Positions 39,165 to 48,416 of a DNA stretch of 64,000 bases are shown here, in pieces; the first letter of the stretch is position 1, and every line of letters begins with the position of its first letter. The translations under genes and the position numbers were made by a program. The DNA is from Candidatus Poseidoniales archaeon. Lineage in GTDB: Archaea > Thermoplasmatota > Poseidoniia > Poseidoniales > Poseidoniaceae. The notes beneath the pieces were generated by a model. The model made no database searches and had not been told where the DNA came from. It saw nothing but the letters and a program-made list of their open reading frames with translations. The stretch spans positions 251 through 64,250 of the forward strand of contig JAYQOB010000007.1 of the NCBI GenBank assembly GCA_038144595.1. Reading direction: 5' to 3'.

Positions 39165-42149
39165 ATGAGCGACGAGAAACCCCCATGCCACCCGGGATGC
39201 CACCCATGCCACCCATGCCACCCATGCCACCCGGCGAAGCACCACCTGCTCCACCCGGTATGCCCCCCATGCCGCCCATGCCGCCCGGCGCCGCACCTCC
39301 TGCTCCTCCCGAGATGCCGCCCATGCCGCCAATGCCTGACGCAGCGCCTCCTGCTCCTCCCGAGATGCCGCCCATGCCGCCGATGCCTGACGCCAGCACC
39401 TCCAGCTCCTCCTGAGATGCCGCCCATGCCTCCGATGCCTGATGCAGCGCCTCCAGCTCCTCCTGAGATGCCGCCCATGCCACCGATGCCTGACGCCGCA
39501 CCTCCCGCACCTCCCGAGATGCCACCCATGCCGGACGCTCCCGCTGCCGACCCGCTGATGGACCCGCTGGCTGCACCGCCTGCGCCGCCCGCACCTCCTG
39601 AGATGCCGCCCATGCCGCCCATGCCCGAGGCCCCTGCGGCTGACCCGCTGATGGACCCACTGGCTGCACCACCTGCACCACCAGCACCTCCCGAGATGCC
39701 ACCGATGCCCGAGGCGCCTGCAGCTGACCCGTTGATGGACCCGCTGGGTGCACCGCCTGCGCCGCCCATGCCGCCCATGCCCGAGGCCCCTGCGGCTGAC
39801 CCGCTGATGGACCCGCTGGCTGCACCGCCTGCGCCACCCATGCCTCCGATGCCCGAGGCACCTGCGGCAGACCCGCTGATGGACCCGCTGGCTGCACCGC
39901 CTGCACCCCCCATGCCGCCCATGCCCGAGGCACCAGCGGCAGACCCACTGATGGACCCGCTGGCTGCACCGCCTGCTCCGCCCATGCCGCCCATGCCCGA
40001 GGCACCAGCGGCTGACCCGCTGATGGACCCGCTCGCAGCACCGCCTGCGCCACCGGAGATGCCTCCGATGCCTGAGGCACCTGCTGCCGATCCACTCGCC
40101 GCCCTTTCGCTCGACCCACCTGCCGATGCTCCAGCCGACACCGTGGTCGCCGATTTGACCGGCGAACAAGCAGGCGCCACCATCCGCAGCCGAGCCGAGG
40201 TTGAAGCCGTGCCCGGCGACAAGCTCGAAGGGACGCTCCACGAGGTGGAGACCACGACGCTCAACGCCGATGGTAACATCATCAAGCAGAACGTGAAGGG
40301 TACGCTGACGGTCAACAACCCCTCGGCCGATGACCGAATCTACGACATCGACGTGCTTCTGGACAACATCGAATCCACCGACATCGGTGGCGAACACGTC
40401 TCCGTGGACGAACTCGAGCCCTCGAAGAACCACACCATGTCCTACAAGGTCAACGGCAAGCAGATGATGACGCTCCGTGAGCGCCTTGACACCAACCCCT
40501 CCCGCTCTCAAGAGCGCTCCATGTCGGTGGCCATCAGCGAAGACCCTGGTGCCATCGCCTTGGAATTGGAAGTAGAGAACCTTGCCACCGTGGACCTCCA
40601 CGATGTGGTCGTCACCCGCCCGCTCGCTTCGGAGATGAACTTCGAGATGGCCGGTGGCGCTGAACTTGACGACGGTACCATCATCTGGACCGTTGGTCGC
40701 TTGGCAGCCGGTGAGAAGCAAACCATCGCACTGGAAGGCACCATCGCCGTGTCTTCCACCAAGGCCATCAAGGCCGGAAAGGCCACCGCAACCTACCGTG
40801 CCGAAGCCACCGTGTCCAGCATGGCCTTCCGTGAACTCGATGCCTTCTGCCGTGGCTTCACCTACATGCGAGTTCGCGAAGACGAGCGCCCGGACAACTG
40901 GATCTGCCAGGCCATCTTCGAGAACCGCTCGTCCTTCGCCGTTGACTTGACCAAGCTTCAGGTCAGCATGAAGGGAAGCGACGACCTCTTGTTTGACATC
41001 CACGATGTTGACCAGGACGTTACGCCCAACGGCAAGTGGGAATCTGAAGAGCGCACCGTCATGGCGCAGTCCGAGCCTGATTTCACCTACCAGCTCTCCT
41101 ACACCGTGCTGCCCAAGGCCATGCAAACGGCCGAGGGTACCATGACCCTCGAGGAGAAGAAACTCGAGGTGCTGGAGGCCGATGTTGAGAAGACGTACTC
41201 CACGGGAAGCCTGCGTTCCTACCGGTCGCAGAAGGTTCAGTCCACCATGACCCTGGTCAACAAGGGTTCATCGACGATCAACCTCATGCGCATCACCGAC
41301 GACATCCCCGGTCTGTTCGAAGCACCCTCGCCAGAACAGATGACCATCAAGATTGACGGCAAGACCATCGACGACGACCAGTACAAGGCTGAGATTTCGG
41401 AAGGCATCACCATCGAGAAGGAGCACCGTTCCCCCGACGGCCAAGGCCACACCATGATGCTGACCGTCGGTACGCGAGGCCCCATCGGCTTGAAGCCCGG
41501 CAAGAAGATTGAGATCAGCTACCCGCTGACCGCTCCAGACCCCTCGCCAGGCAACGAGCGTGTCGACGCTCCCGCACGCATTGAGTTCAGTGCAGAGCGC
41601 TTCGGCCCCATTTGCACCCGAGAACCATCCGGAACCCCGAGCATCAAGGTTGTTCACAACCGCCGCAACTTCAGCGCCGGAAAGCAGGCCATCCCGCTGG
41701 GCGGAAAGGGTCGCTACGAAGTGCTCATTCTGTTCGAGAACAACGGCGACACCGCGCTCAGCGACCTCTACATCAACGACGTGCTTCCGCCCCAGTTCGA
41801 AATCAAAGACTGGGAGTTGAAGAACGCCAGCGGCAAGCGAGACGACGTTACCATGACCTCCGAAGACGGTGAAGGCGGCCTCCACATCGTGTGGCACGTG
41901 CCCAAGGTCGAGAAGGGTGAGCGCCTCGAAGTTTCCTTTGACATCAAAGGCTCGGGTGAAGTTGACGCTGAGGCGCTGAACCGCTTCCACGGCGTCCACT
42001 TCGGTGATGAAATCGAATCCGATGACCTCCCTGCTGTCGAAGAAGAGGTGCCCGCCGAGGCAGAGGCCGAGACCGAGGCTGCCGATGATGGGGCTGATAC
42101 CGAACCGCTGAAGAAGCAGAAGAGGCCGCTGATGAAGGCCCCAAGATGA
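39165..42149 (+). CDS. large protein with no signal peptide: proline/methionine-rich tandem repeats of about 330 aa, then beta-sandwich (DUF11/CARDB-like) repeat domains and an acidic tail
   Basis: ATG at 39165 (MSDEK). Repeats APPAPPEMPPMPPMPDA, then EAPAADPLMDPLAAPPAPPMPPMP. From about aa 370 the protein is globular (LTVNNPSADDRIYDIDVLLDN, LELEVENLATVDLHDVVVTRPL, RYEVLILFENNGDTALSDLYINDVLPPQF). No TM helix at either end. The first about 235 nt are read out of the repeat frame (see findings). Confidence 0.7.
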   Translation: MSDEKPPCHPGCHPCHPCHPCHPAKHHLLHPVCPPCRPCRPAPHLLLLPRCRPCRQCLTQRLLLLPRCRPCRRCLTPAPPAPPEMPPMPPMPDAAPPAPPEMPPMPPMPDAAPPAPPEMPPMPDAPAADPLMDPLAAPPAPPAPPEMPPMPPMPEAPAADPLMDPLAAPPAPPAPPEMPPMPEAPAADPLMDPLGAPPAPPMPPMPEAPAADPLMDPLAAPPAPPMPPMPEAPAADPLMDPLAAPPAPPMPPMPEAPAADPLMDPLAAPPAPPMPPMPEAPAADPLMDPLAAPPAPPEMPPMPEAPAADPLAALSLDPPADAPADTVVADLTGEQAGATIRSRAEVEAVPGDKLEGTLHEVETTTLNADGNIIKQNVKGTLTVNNPSADDRIYDIDVLLDNIESTDIGGEHVSVDELEPSKNHTMSYKVNGKQMMTLRERLDTNPSRSQERSMSVAISEDPGAIALELEVENLATVDLHDVVVTRPLASEMNFEMAGGAELDDGTIIWTVGRLAAGEKQTIALEGTIAVSSTKAIKAGKATATYRAEATVSSMAFRELDAFCRGFTYMRVREDERPDNWICQAIFENRSSFAVDLTKLQVSMKGSDDLLFDIHDVDQDVTPNGKWESEERTVMAQSEPDFTYQLSYTVLPKAMQTAEGTMTLEEKKLEVLEADVEKTYSTGSLRSYRSQKVQSTMTLVNKGSSTINLMRITDDIPGLFEAPSPEQMTIKIDGKTIDDDQYKAEISEGITIEKEHRSPDGQGHTMMLTVGTRGPIGLKPGKKIEISYPLTAPDPSPGNERVDAPARIEFSAERFGPICTREPSGTPSIKVVHNRRNFSAGKQAIPLGGKGRYEVLILFENNGDTALSDLYINDVLPPQFEIKDWELKNASGKRDDVTMTSEDGEGGLHIVWHVPKVEKGERLEVSFDIKGSGEVDAEALNRFHGVHFGDEIESDDLPAVEEEVPAEAEAETEAADDGADTEPLKKQKRPLMKAPR
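39185..40095 (+). repeat. coding tandem repeat array (units of about 51 nt, then about 72 nt)
   Basis: Repeated gatgccgcccatgccgccgatgcctgacgcagcgcctcc..., then gaggcacctgcggcagacccgctgatggacccgctggctgcaccgcctgc... units. All six frames are open across it. Confidence 0.85.
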
Positions 42150-42496
42150 AGTTCCGCGAGGACATGCTGCTCCGTGTCATGGAAGCAGCCGGCATTGATG
42201 TCGGGCATCGTGATGCTTTCGTGGCCTTCGCTGCTGATTACGACCACGACGACAACGGCTACCTCAAGAAGGCTGAACTCGAAGACGCTGCCAAGGCCTG
42301 GAACGAAGCCAACGGTGAGGGTGGAGAAGAAGCCAGCGAAGAGGCTGCCGAAGAATCAACTGAAGAGGCCCCTGCTGAAGACGCCCCTGCCGAAGAGGCT
42401 GAGGCTGTTGAAGAGAAGGCCTGCCCCATCTGCGGTACGATGAACGCTGCCGACAACGACAAGTGCATGGCGTGCGATTACGACTTCACCCAGTGA
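42146..42496 (+). CDS. EF-hand plus C-terminal zinc-ribbon protein
   Basis: 116 aa. Its start overlaps the upstream stop (ATGA). Canonical 12-residue EF loop DHDDNGYLKKAE, an acidic linker, then CPICG...CMACD. Confidence 0.65.
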   Translation: MKFREDMLLRVMEAAGIDVGHRDAFVAFAADYDHDDNGYLKKAELEDAAKAWNEANGEGGEEASEEAAEESTEEAPAEDAPAEEAEAVEEKACPICGTMNAADNDKCMACDYDFTQ

Positions 42497-42573
42497 GGCT
42501 GGATTGATTTCGCACCGCCTTGAGGTGGTGATGACGAATGGTTGAGCGAACGCCAGGCTGCTGGCCCAGCCAT

Positions 42574-43050
42574 TCACGCAGGCAGGACCCATTGCGGCCA
42601 TTCCTCATGCTCGGGTGAACGGCTGACGATGACAACAACAGGTCGCTTGAGCCCCATAAGCACGTCGTTGAGAGGGCGAACCGTGGACGGCGGGATGGCG
42701 CCGTCTCGAAGATCAACCGCAAGCCAGGCCTTCGGGTACTGCTCGGCCCAAGCGTTCAACTCGGCCTCGATGCCGCTGGGTGGGACGCCCTGGCGAACGC
42801 TGGCGATGAAACCCCAGCCATCCGGGCATTTTCGCTCGGCGTCCGTCCAAAAGAACACCTTTGGCAGGGCTGGAAGGCGGGCCATTTGTTCAATGGCTTC
42901 CATTTCGGTGGCGCAGACCGGTTGACCTGGCATGGGCATCGGTAATGGGTAGCGCCATGTCGGAGACACATCGAGTGGCTCTTTCTGGCGCATGTTCCAC
43001 CGTAGGTGCCAGTGGGTTTGAACTTCACGGATGCTCGTGCAGACCGGCAA
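42574..43050 (-). CDS. hypothetical protein
   Basis: 158-aa ORF with protein-like composition (PKVFFWTDAERKCPDGWGFIASVRQG...). The overlapping plus-strand ORF is Arg/Ser-rich and looks spurious. The start is uncertain, with several internal Met. Confidence 0.4.
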   Translation of the reverse strand: MPVCTSIREVQTHWHLRWNMRQKEPLDVSPTWRYPLPMPMPGQPVCATEMEAIEQMARLPALPKVFFWTDAERKCPDGWGFIASVRQGVPPSGIEAELNAWAEQYPKAWLAVDLRDGAIPPSTVRPLNDVLMGLKRPVVVIVSRSPEHEEWPQWVLPA

Positions 43051-43104
43051 ATCTCGCCGTTGCGTATGCTAACCTTCATGCCCTACCGTTGTCGCCTTCG
43101 GGTC

Positions 43105-44031
43105 ATGGCCAACGGTTCATCGCCTCCACCACCGCCTCCACCGGGCGGTTCCATGTTCGTGATGCTGATGTTCATGATCCTGATGACCGTGCTCATCATG
43201 ACCCCCTCCATTCGGACCTCGCTGGGAACCACGGCTGACCCGATCCTCTCGCCGCTGCTGCCGGAGGAGTCGTTTTTCGTCATCACGGTGATGATTCTCG
43301 GTGTTTTCTCCATGACGCTCAACACGGTGATTCGTAACTTCTTCGTCGACCCCATGGACCAGGCCCACATCGGCCACCGCCAAGGCCAAGTTCGGCAGAT
43401 GATGAACGAGGCACGGATGTCCCGCGACCCTATCCTGCAGGAGAAAGCCATGACGCTTCAGCAGCAAATGATGCCGGAGCAACTGGAGGTCCAAATGGGC
43501 GCCATGAAGCCCATGATGTTCACCATGATTTTCATCATCGGTATCTTTGCCTGGCTGACCACCAAGGTCGAGACCTTCCGCGTCGATTATGTCTCGCTTC
43601 CATGGGCGCCAGAGTGGAACCTCCTTGACGGCCGCTTCCTGTTTTTCCCAGCATGGATTTGCTGCTACATCTGCATGAGTGCAGCCTACGGCCGTGCACT
43701 CGACCGCCACATCAAGCTCGCTCGCTACAAGTCTCACCCGCTGGTCGTTGCTGGTGAAGTGCTCAAGGAACCGTTGCTTCATTTGGTGGCCACCAAACCC
43801 GCCGCCACTTCCAACCAAGCCAAGAAGCGACAGCAACGTTCCAAGCGCAGCCAACAACAACGCAAGCGCAACGCCTCCGCTTCCAAGCCCGCCTCCTCAG
43901 AATCATCGGGCGGTGGCGGATTGATGGCCGGAATCGCCCTTGAATGCCCCGAATGTCAGAGCGATGTCATCACGCACGACGGGCCGAGAACAAAACGGTG
44001 TAACGTCTGCTTCCACGAATGGGTGTTGTGA
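43105..44031 (+). CDS. DUF106/EMC3-type membrane protein (archaeal YidC/Oxa1-like) with a basic tail and C-terminal zinc ribbon
   Basis: Internal Met MANGSSPPPPPPP. Three TM helices with a coiled-coil insert (QVRQMMNEARMSRDPILQEKAMTLQQQMMPEQLEVQMGAMKPMMF). C-terminal CPECQ...CNVC. Its position before cmk matches the conserved archaeal gene order. Confidence 0.65.
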   Translation: MANGSSPPPPPPPGGSMFVMLMFMILMTVLIMTPSIRTSLGTTADPILSPLLPEESFFVITVMILGVFSMTLNTVIRNFFVDPMDQAHIGHRQGQVRQMMNEARMSRDPILQEKAMTLQQQMMPEQLEVQMGAMKPMMFTMIFIIGIFAWLTTKVETFRVDYVSLPWAPEWNLLDGRFLFFPAWICCYICMSAAYGRALDRHIKLARYKSHPLVVAGEVLKEPLLHLVATKPAATSNQAKKRQQRSKRSQQQRKRNASASKPASSESSGGGGLMAGIALECPECQSDVITHDGPRTKRCNVCFHEWVL

Positions 44032-44033
44032 GC

Positions 44034-44573
44034 ATGGTCAACGTGACCGTCTCCGGCCACCCGGGCAGCGGTACCAGCACGTTGGTTCGCGGTTTGATGG
44101 ACCGATTTGGTTGGACCAGCCTCAACGGTGGCGATGTGTTCCGTGAGGAAGCCAAGCGACGTGGCATGTCGTTGGGAGATTTTGGCGAATTGTGCAAGAA
44201 CGAGTTGGACGTCGACCGCTCGCTGGATGAACTGCTTCGCCAGCGTATGCAGGGTCCTGACGCAGCGCACATTGTGAAATCCCGTCTTGCCGGCTGGTGG
44301 GCTCACCGCCTCGAACTCCCTTGCCTCCGCATTTGGCTGGACGTCAGCGACGAGGAACGGGCTCGCCGAGTTTCAGAGCGTGAAGGGTTGGCCTTTGTGG
44401 ACGCCCTTGAAGCCAACCGTGCGAGGGCCGCTGTTGACGATGAGCGATTCATGTTGCTCTACGACTTGGTGCCCGAGGACCCTGAGCCCTACACCCATGT
44501 GCTGGACGCTACAACCCTCAATGCAACTCAAATACTGGACCATGTCGTCGTCTTGTTGGAGGAAGCAACATGA
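44034..44573 (+). CDS. cmk: archaeal-type cytidylate kinase
   Basis: MVNVTVSGHPGSGTSTLVRGL P-loop and a length of about 180 aa. Lies between the DUF106 gene and cbf5, as in many archaea. Confidence 0.75.
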   Translation: MVNVTVSGHPGSGTSTLVRGLMDRFGWTSLNGGDVFREEAKRRGMSLGDFGELCKNELDVDRSLDELLRQRMQGPDAAHIVKSRLAGWWAHRLELPCLRIWLDVSDEERARRVSEREGLAFVDALEANRARAAVDDERFMLLYDLVPEDPEPYTHVLDATTLNATQILDHVVVLLEEAT

Positions 44574-45538
44574 CCGTGCACGTTCTTGATGAATCGCCCA
44601 CCACGGATGCTGCTTTTGGGACAGCTCCCGATGACCGCACGCTGGAGCAACGCTTGGCTTCCGGCTTCATTCTGGTCGACAAGCCTGCGGGCCCGACCTC
44701 CCACCAATTGGCGGCTTGGGCCCGTGATTTGTTGGGCCTTGAGCGCCGTGGGCACGGCGGCACCCTCGACCCCTTTGCAACCGGTGTGCTCCCGCTCATG
44801 GCGGGTCGATGCATGAAAATCACCAACAAGATCCTGAAGCATCAAAAGACCTACATCGCGGTGTTCCGATTTCGCACCATGCCCGAACTCGAGGACCTCA
44901 AAGCCACCATGGCGACCATGACCGGTCGAATCTACAACGTCCCTCCCGAGGTATCTGCCGTCAAGGTGCAGGTGCGGACCCGTACCATTCACGCTTTTGA
45001 GCTGCTGGACACGGACGGCCAGGATGCCGTGGCTCGCATCACCTGTGAAGCGGGCACCTACATCCGAACGATGGCTCGGGACATGGGCCTCTTGCTCAAC
45101 ACCCCGGTGTCGCTCAAGGAATTGCGTCGTGAAACGTCCGGCATGTTTGATCTGGACCACTGCATTACGATGGACCAACTGGCGGACGCCGTATGGCTCT
45201 GGAAAGAATGTGGACAAACTGACGCCTTGATGGCCGTCATCCATCCCATTGAGAAACTGCTGGTGGACGTGCCGCGCTGCACCGTGAAGGACAGTGCGGT
45301 TGCAGCCCTTTCCTACGGCGCACCGCTGCTTCGACCCGGATTGGTTTCCATTCCGGCAGGGCTCAAGAAAGGGACAGAACTCCTTGTGACATCGCTCAAG
45401 GAGGAGGCCGTCGGTTTTGTCAAACTCAAGACCGATTCCGATGACATTCCATCCATGGAATCAGGTGAACTTGCACGGCCCAGCATGGTCTTGATGGACA
45501 CCGAGGTCTACCCTCGTCGCTGGACAACGTCGTCCTGA
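44570..45538 (+). CDS. cbf5: H/ACA RNP pseudouridine synthase Cbf5 (archaeal TruB) with a PUA domain
   Basis: 322 aa. FILVDKPAGPTSHQLAAW, GHGGTLDPFATGVLPL (catalytic Asp). C-terminal PUA-like VKDSAVAALSYGAPLLRPGLV. Overlaps the cmk stop by 4 nt. Confidence 0.9.
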   Translation: MTVHVLDESPTTDAAFGTAPDDRTLEQRLASGFILVDKPAGPTSHQLAAWARDLLGLERRGHGGTLDPFATGVLPLMAGRCMKITNKILKHQKTYIAVFRFRTMPELEDLKATMATMTGRIYNVPPEVSAVKVQVRTRTIHAFELLDTDGQDAVARITCEAGTYIRTMARDMGLLLNTPVSLKELRRETSGMFDLDHCITMDQLADAVWLWKECGQTDALMAVIHPIEKLLVDVPRCTVKDSAVAALSYGAPLLRPGLVSIPAGLKKGTELLVTSLKEEAVGFVKLKTDSDDIPSMESGELARPSMVLMDTEVYPRRWTTSS

Positions 45539-45762
45539 TGCTCACGCTTCGATGTATTCTTCGTAGATGTATTCGTCCGTTTCAATGCGGATTTTCAATT
45601 GAGACATGGTTCCCACTCCCGCTTTGTCAACCGAAGTTGAACGGCCCCCACGACCTCAAAGCAGGCCGCCCTTCCACGTTTTGGTTATGAAGTTTGAGGG
45701 GTTTTTTCGCGTTATCCGACACCGGAGTGGCGTTCACGTCAAGGGGTAAAACCTCAGTGAGC

Positions 45763-48156
45763 TCACTCAATTTTCTTGATTTTCGGTGGCATCATGAAGA
45801 TGATCAAACTCAGAAGGCCAAGAGCGATCACCACGATACCGATGGAGACGGCGCCGGCAGCAACACCGCCCTCTGCCCCATCGTTGGTGGCGTCTGCCCG
45901 TTCGTTGATGGCCACGAGTTCTTCCATCGCATTGTTGGTCTCGTCCCCTTCTGGAATTTCCAACCCTCGGTCCACCACGGCACTGAACCGCAGCACCCTT
46001 GCGTCCTCTGGTACTTGCCAGTCGCAGCGAACGGATTGCAGTTCGCCGGGCTGGATGATGGCAATCGTTTGTACGTCTTTGAGTTGCTGGTCAGTCTGGC
46101 AGCGAACGGACACCATGGTGGCGTCAGCCTGACCTTGGTTTCGCACCAGGACCCGCATCGTGATGAGGTCGCCTTGGGTCATGTCATCGGTTCCAAAATC
46201 GATGGATTCGACCATGAGGTCCGGCAGGGCCATCACTTCGAGGTCGATTTCACGCTCCGTGCAGGTGGTTTGGTCGCACACGGACAGGAGCACCGTGTGG
46301 AACCCGACCGTTGGAGGCGTGACCTTGACGACGTTGCTCGTGAGGTCCACGCTGGCCCACGAACGGTTGGTTGAGGCGGTCACGAGGCCGGGTGAATCGA
46401 TGTCGCTCCATGTCATGTTGATGACGGTCTCCAATTCGTGTTCGACGGGGATGATGGGTGGGAATTCAACGACCACGGGCGGGTCGTCAACCGGGGCAAC
46501 GTCAACGGTGAACGTTTGACTCCATGCGTTGCCTGCTGGGTCGGTGACCGTGATGCCAATGACCGATTGACCGCTGGCCTCTGGGAGCAATCGAAGACGG
46601 ACATCGCCTTCGGCCAAATCCACGGCGACCACCGAATCGTCGGTGTTGGTGAAGGTGACGCTGAGGTCTTCGTTGGTGGCTCGGTCGTCGCTGCATCGGC
46701 TAAGGAACGGGAGAATGATGCCACCGTTGTCCTCACTGAGGACCTGGTCGCCCACCCCCTCACAAGAAGGGTCCTCGTCGTATTGAATGGCGTAGCCTCC
46801 GGAGACGTCGACCTGGGTTAGCTCCAATGCGGTATGGCTGGCTGCGCCGTCGGAATCCCATGTGAACCACGCGCGAATGCTCACCGTCAGTGAGGTGCTG
46901 CCAGGTTGCAAGTAGCCGCCAATGGGCCATTCGTGAGTGAAGGTGCCCAAGGCCATGGGTTCGTTGGAGACGAGTTCGTCGTTGACGAAGACCAACCATC
47001 GTGAGTAGTCAGCATCAATGCCAGCGTTGCTACCAAACACACGTCCTGCAACCGAGAGCGAGGGGTCGTTCACGTCCACCCACACCGACGACAAACAAGC
47101 GTCGGTCACGGAGAACCGAAGCTGGTAGGCCTCACCTTGCGGCAGGAGGGTGTTGGGGGTCATGGCCGCGAACGCACCGAACGAGGTGCCGTCCGACGAG
47201 GTGTCCAATTCCACCGTGATGTTCTGGCTCTCACCTTCGCTCAAGGCGTGATGAACCCGACCCAAGACCTGTTCGGGAGGGTGTGCGAACGGTTCGCTTG
47301 TCCACTGTCCAGAGGTGCCCTCCACCGTTGGTTTCAACCCGCATGTGTCGAGAGCGAGGTTATCGGTGGTCCCCTCGGCAAGGTCCAGTCCCATCACGGG
47401 CATGTCGTGGCCAGAAAATTCGGACGAAGCGTAGGCGACCTCGCCGCCGTACCACGGCGTCCGAACGGTGATGTCGAGGCCCAGTGCGTCGACCACCAGG
47501 CGAGAGTCGTCAACACCGCCGGCTGAGACATAATCCAGCGTGAACACCATTTGGGCGATGTCGTTCCACGTCCAATCCATCAACCCCGTGATGTTGACGC
47601 GGTAAGCGGTGTTGTTGATGTAATCCACGTTGCCTTGGGTGTGAGCGAACGTCTTGAGCAGATCAAAGCCGTCGCCGTGTTCCACCGAGATTCGGACGGT
47701 GTCCTCGGAAAGGGCGTCAGGAATTTGGAACACACCCACCATGTGGAGTTCGTACATTTGGTAGTTGGAAAGACCCGTGATGTCAAAGTCTGTGAGTTCA
47801 ATCTCCGGACCGGTTGACCACGTGCTGGCGCCGTCTGGAGCGCCCGTTGAGTAATTCGAATCGGTTGGTGAGGTGGACGACCACACCGTCATCGTGTCGA
47901 GATTGAGGGGGCGAGTGTGGAGCATGGTCAAGCGTTGGTCGGCCACCATGGATTCGGTGTGACTTGCTGCTTCTTGGGTGAACGAGGTCTCAGCGCCGAC
48001 CGTCCAAGATGCAGCATCGGTGAAGCTCCCTTGAGGAAACAGATCGACCGTGCTGGTGCTGTGAACGCTGCGTGCGCCCGTGCTTGAGACCCAAGGGGAA
48101 ACCGTGAGCAAGAGCAACATCAGCATCAGGGTGAGGGCCTTGTTGGCGGGTCGCAT
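45763..48156 (-). CDS. large surface protein (signal peptide, beta-sandwich/cadherin-like domains, CARDB domain, C-terminal TM anchor)
   Basis: Internal Met MRPANKALTLMLMLLLLTVSPWVSSTGA. VDDPPVVVEFPP. CARDB-like PDLMVESIDFGTDDMTQGDLITMRVLVRNQGQ...EGDETNNAM. TM helix VSIGIVVIALGLLSLIIFMM with a short KIKKIE tail. Confidence 0.75.
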   Translation of the reverse strand: MRPANKALTLMLMLLLLTVSPWVSSTGARSVHSTSTVDLFPQGSFTDAASWTVGAETSFTQEAASHTESMVADQRLTMLHTRPLNLDTMTVWSSTSPTDSNYSTGAPDGASTWSTGPEIELTDFDITGLSNYQMYELHMVGVFQIPDALSEDTVRISVEHGDGFDLLKTFAHTQGNVDYINNTAYRVNITGLMDWTWNDIAQMVFTLDYVSAGGVDDSRLVVDALGLDITVRTPWYGGEVAYASSEFSGHDMPVMGLDLAEGTTDNLALDTCGLKPTVEGTSGQWTSEPFAHPPEQVLGRVHHALSEGESQNITVELDTSSDGTSFGAFAAMTPNTLLPQGEAYQLRFSVTDACLSSVWVDVNDPSLSVAGRVFGSNAGIDADYSRWLVFVNDELVSNEPMALGTFTHEWPIGGYLQPGSTSLTVSIRAWFTWDSDGAASHTALELTQVDVSGGYAIQYDEDPSCEGVGDQVLSEDNGGIILPFLSRCSDDRATNEDLSVTFTNTDDSVVAVDLAEGDVRLRLLPEASGQSVIGITVTDPAGNAWSQTFTVDVAPVDDPPVVVEFPPIIPVEHELETVINMTWSDIDSPGLVTASTNRSWASVDLTSNVVKVTPPTVGFHTVLLSVCDQTTCTEREIDLEVMALPDLMVESIDFGTDDMTQGDLITMRVLVRNQGQADATMVSVRCQTDQQLKDVQTIAIIQPGELQSVRCDWQVPEDARVLRFSAVVDRGLEIPEGDETNNAMEELVAINERADATNDGAEGGVAAGAVSIGIVVIALGLLSLIIFMMPPKIKKIE

Positions 48157-48280
48157 GAGCAAATGGAGGGCTTGGCACTTCTTGAAGCAAAGGGTTCCGT
48201 GCACCACAGCGGCGAATATCCGTTGGGTTGGATGGCGCATGATTGAAATACCAAGCGCATGAGGCGCTCTTACCTCTCAT

Positions 48281-48356
48281 GGCTGTGGTGGTGTAGGGGT
48301 TAGCACGGCAGATTGTGGTTCTGCCAGCCCGGGTTCAATTCCCGGCCACGGCCCCA
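48281..48356 (+). tRNA. tRNA-His (anticodon GUG) with encoded G-1 and CCA
   Basis: Hand-folded G-GCTGTGG...GCAGA TTGTGGT TCTGC...CCGGG TTCAATT CCCGG CCACGGC C CCA. The extra 5' G opposite discriminator C is the tRNA-His hallmark. Confidence 0.85.
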
Positions 48357-48416
48357 TTGAGCATAACGTAGGCGGAATGTTAGCTGTTGCTTGAAGCGGT
48401 GAGCAATGGGGCGGCG

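Noticed and set aside
39165-39400. Is the Cys/His-rich alternative-frame peptide (CHPCHPCHP...CRPCRQC) a genuine metal-binding domain?
   Set aside because: It is exactly the out-of-frame reading of the PPMPP repeat DNA, bounded by a homopolymer and a single extra base. An artefact or a recent indel pair is the simpler explanation. It is reported only as a sequence-quality and variation question.
39185-40095. Could the regular repeat array be a CRISPR locus?
   Set aside because: The units are contiguous, with no unique spacers. They are 51-72 nt coding repeats inside one long ORF, and no cas genes are nearby.
39165-40150. Is the polyproline tract a formin FH1-like, profilin-binding region implying an actin system?
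   Set aside because: No FH2, profilin, actin or gelsolin-like gene is present in the window. Proline richness alone is not diagnostic.
45753-45764. Is the perfect 12-bp palindrome agtgagctcact, which overlaps the stop of the 45763-48156 gene and is followed by a T4 run on the transcript, a terminator?
   Set aside because: The stem would have almost no loop and the T-run is short. This is too weak to annotate.
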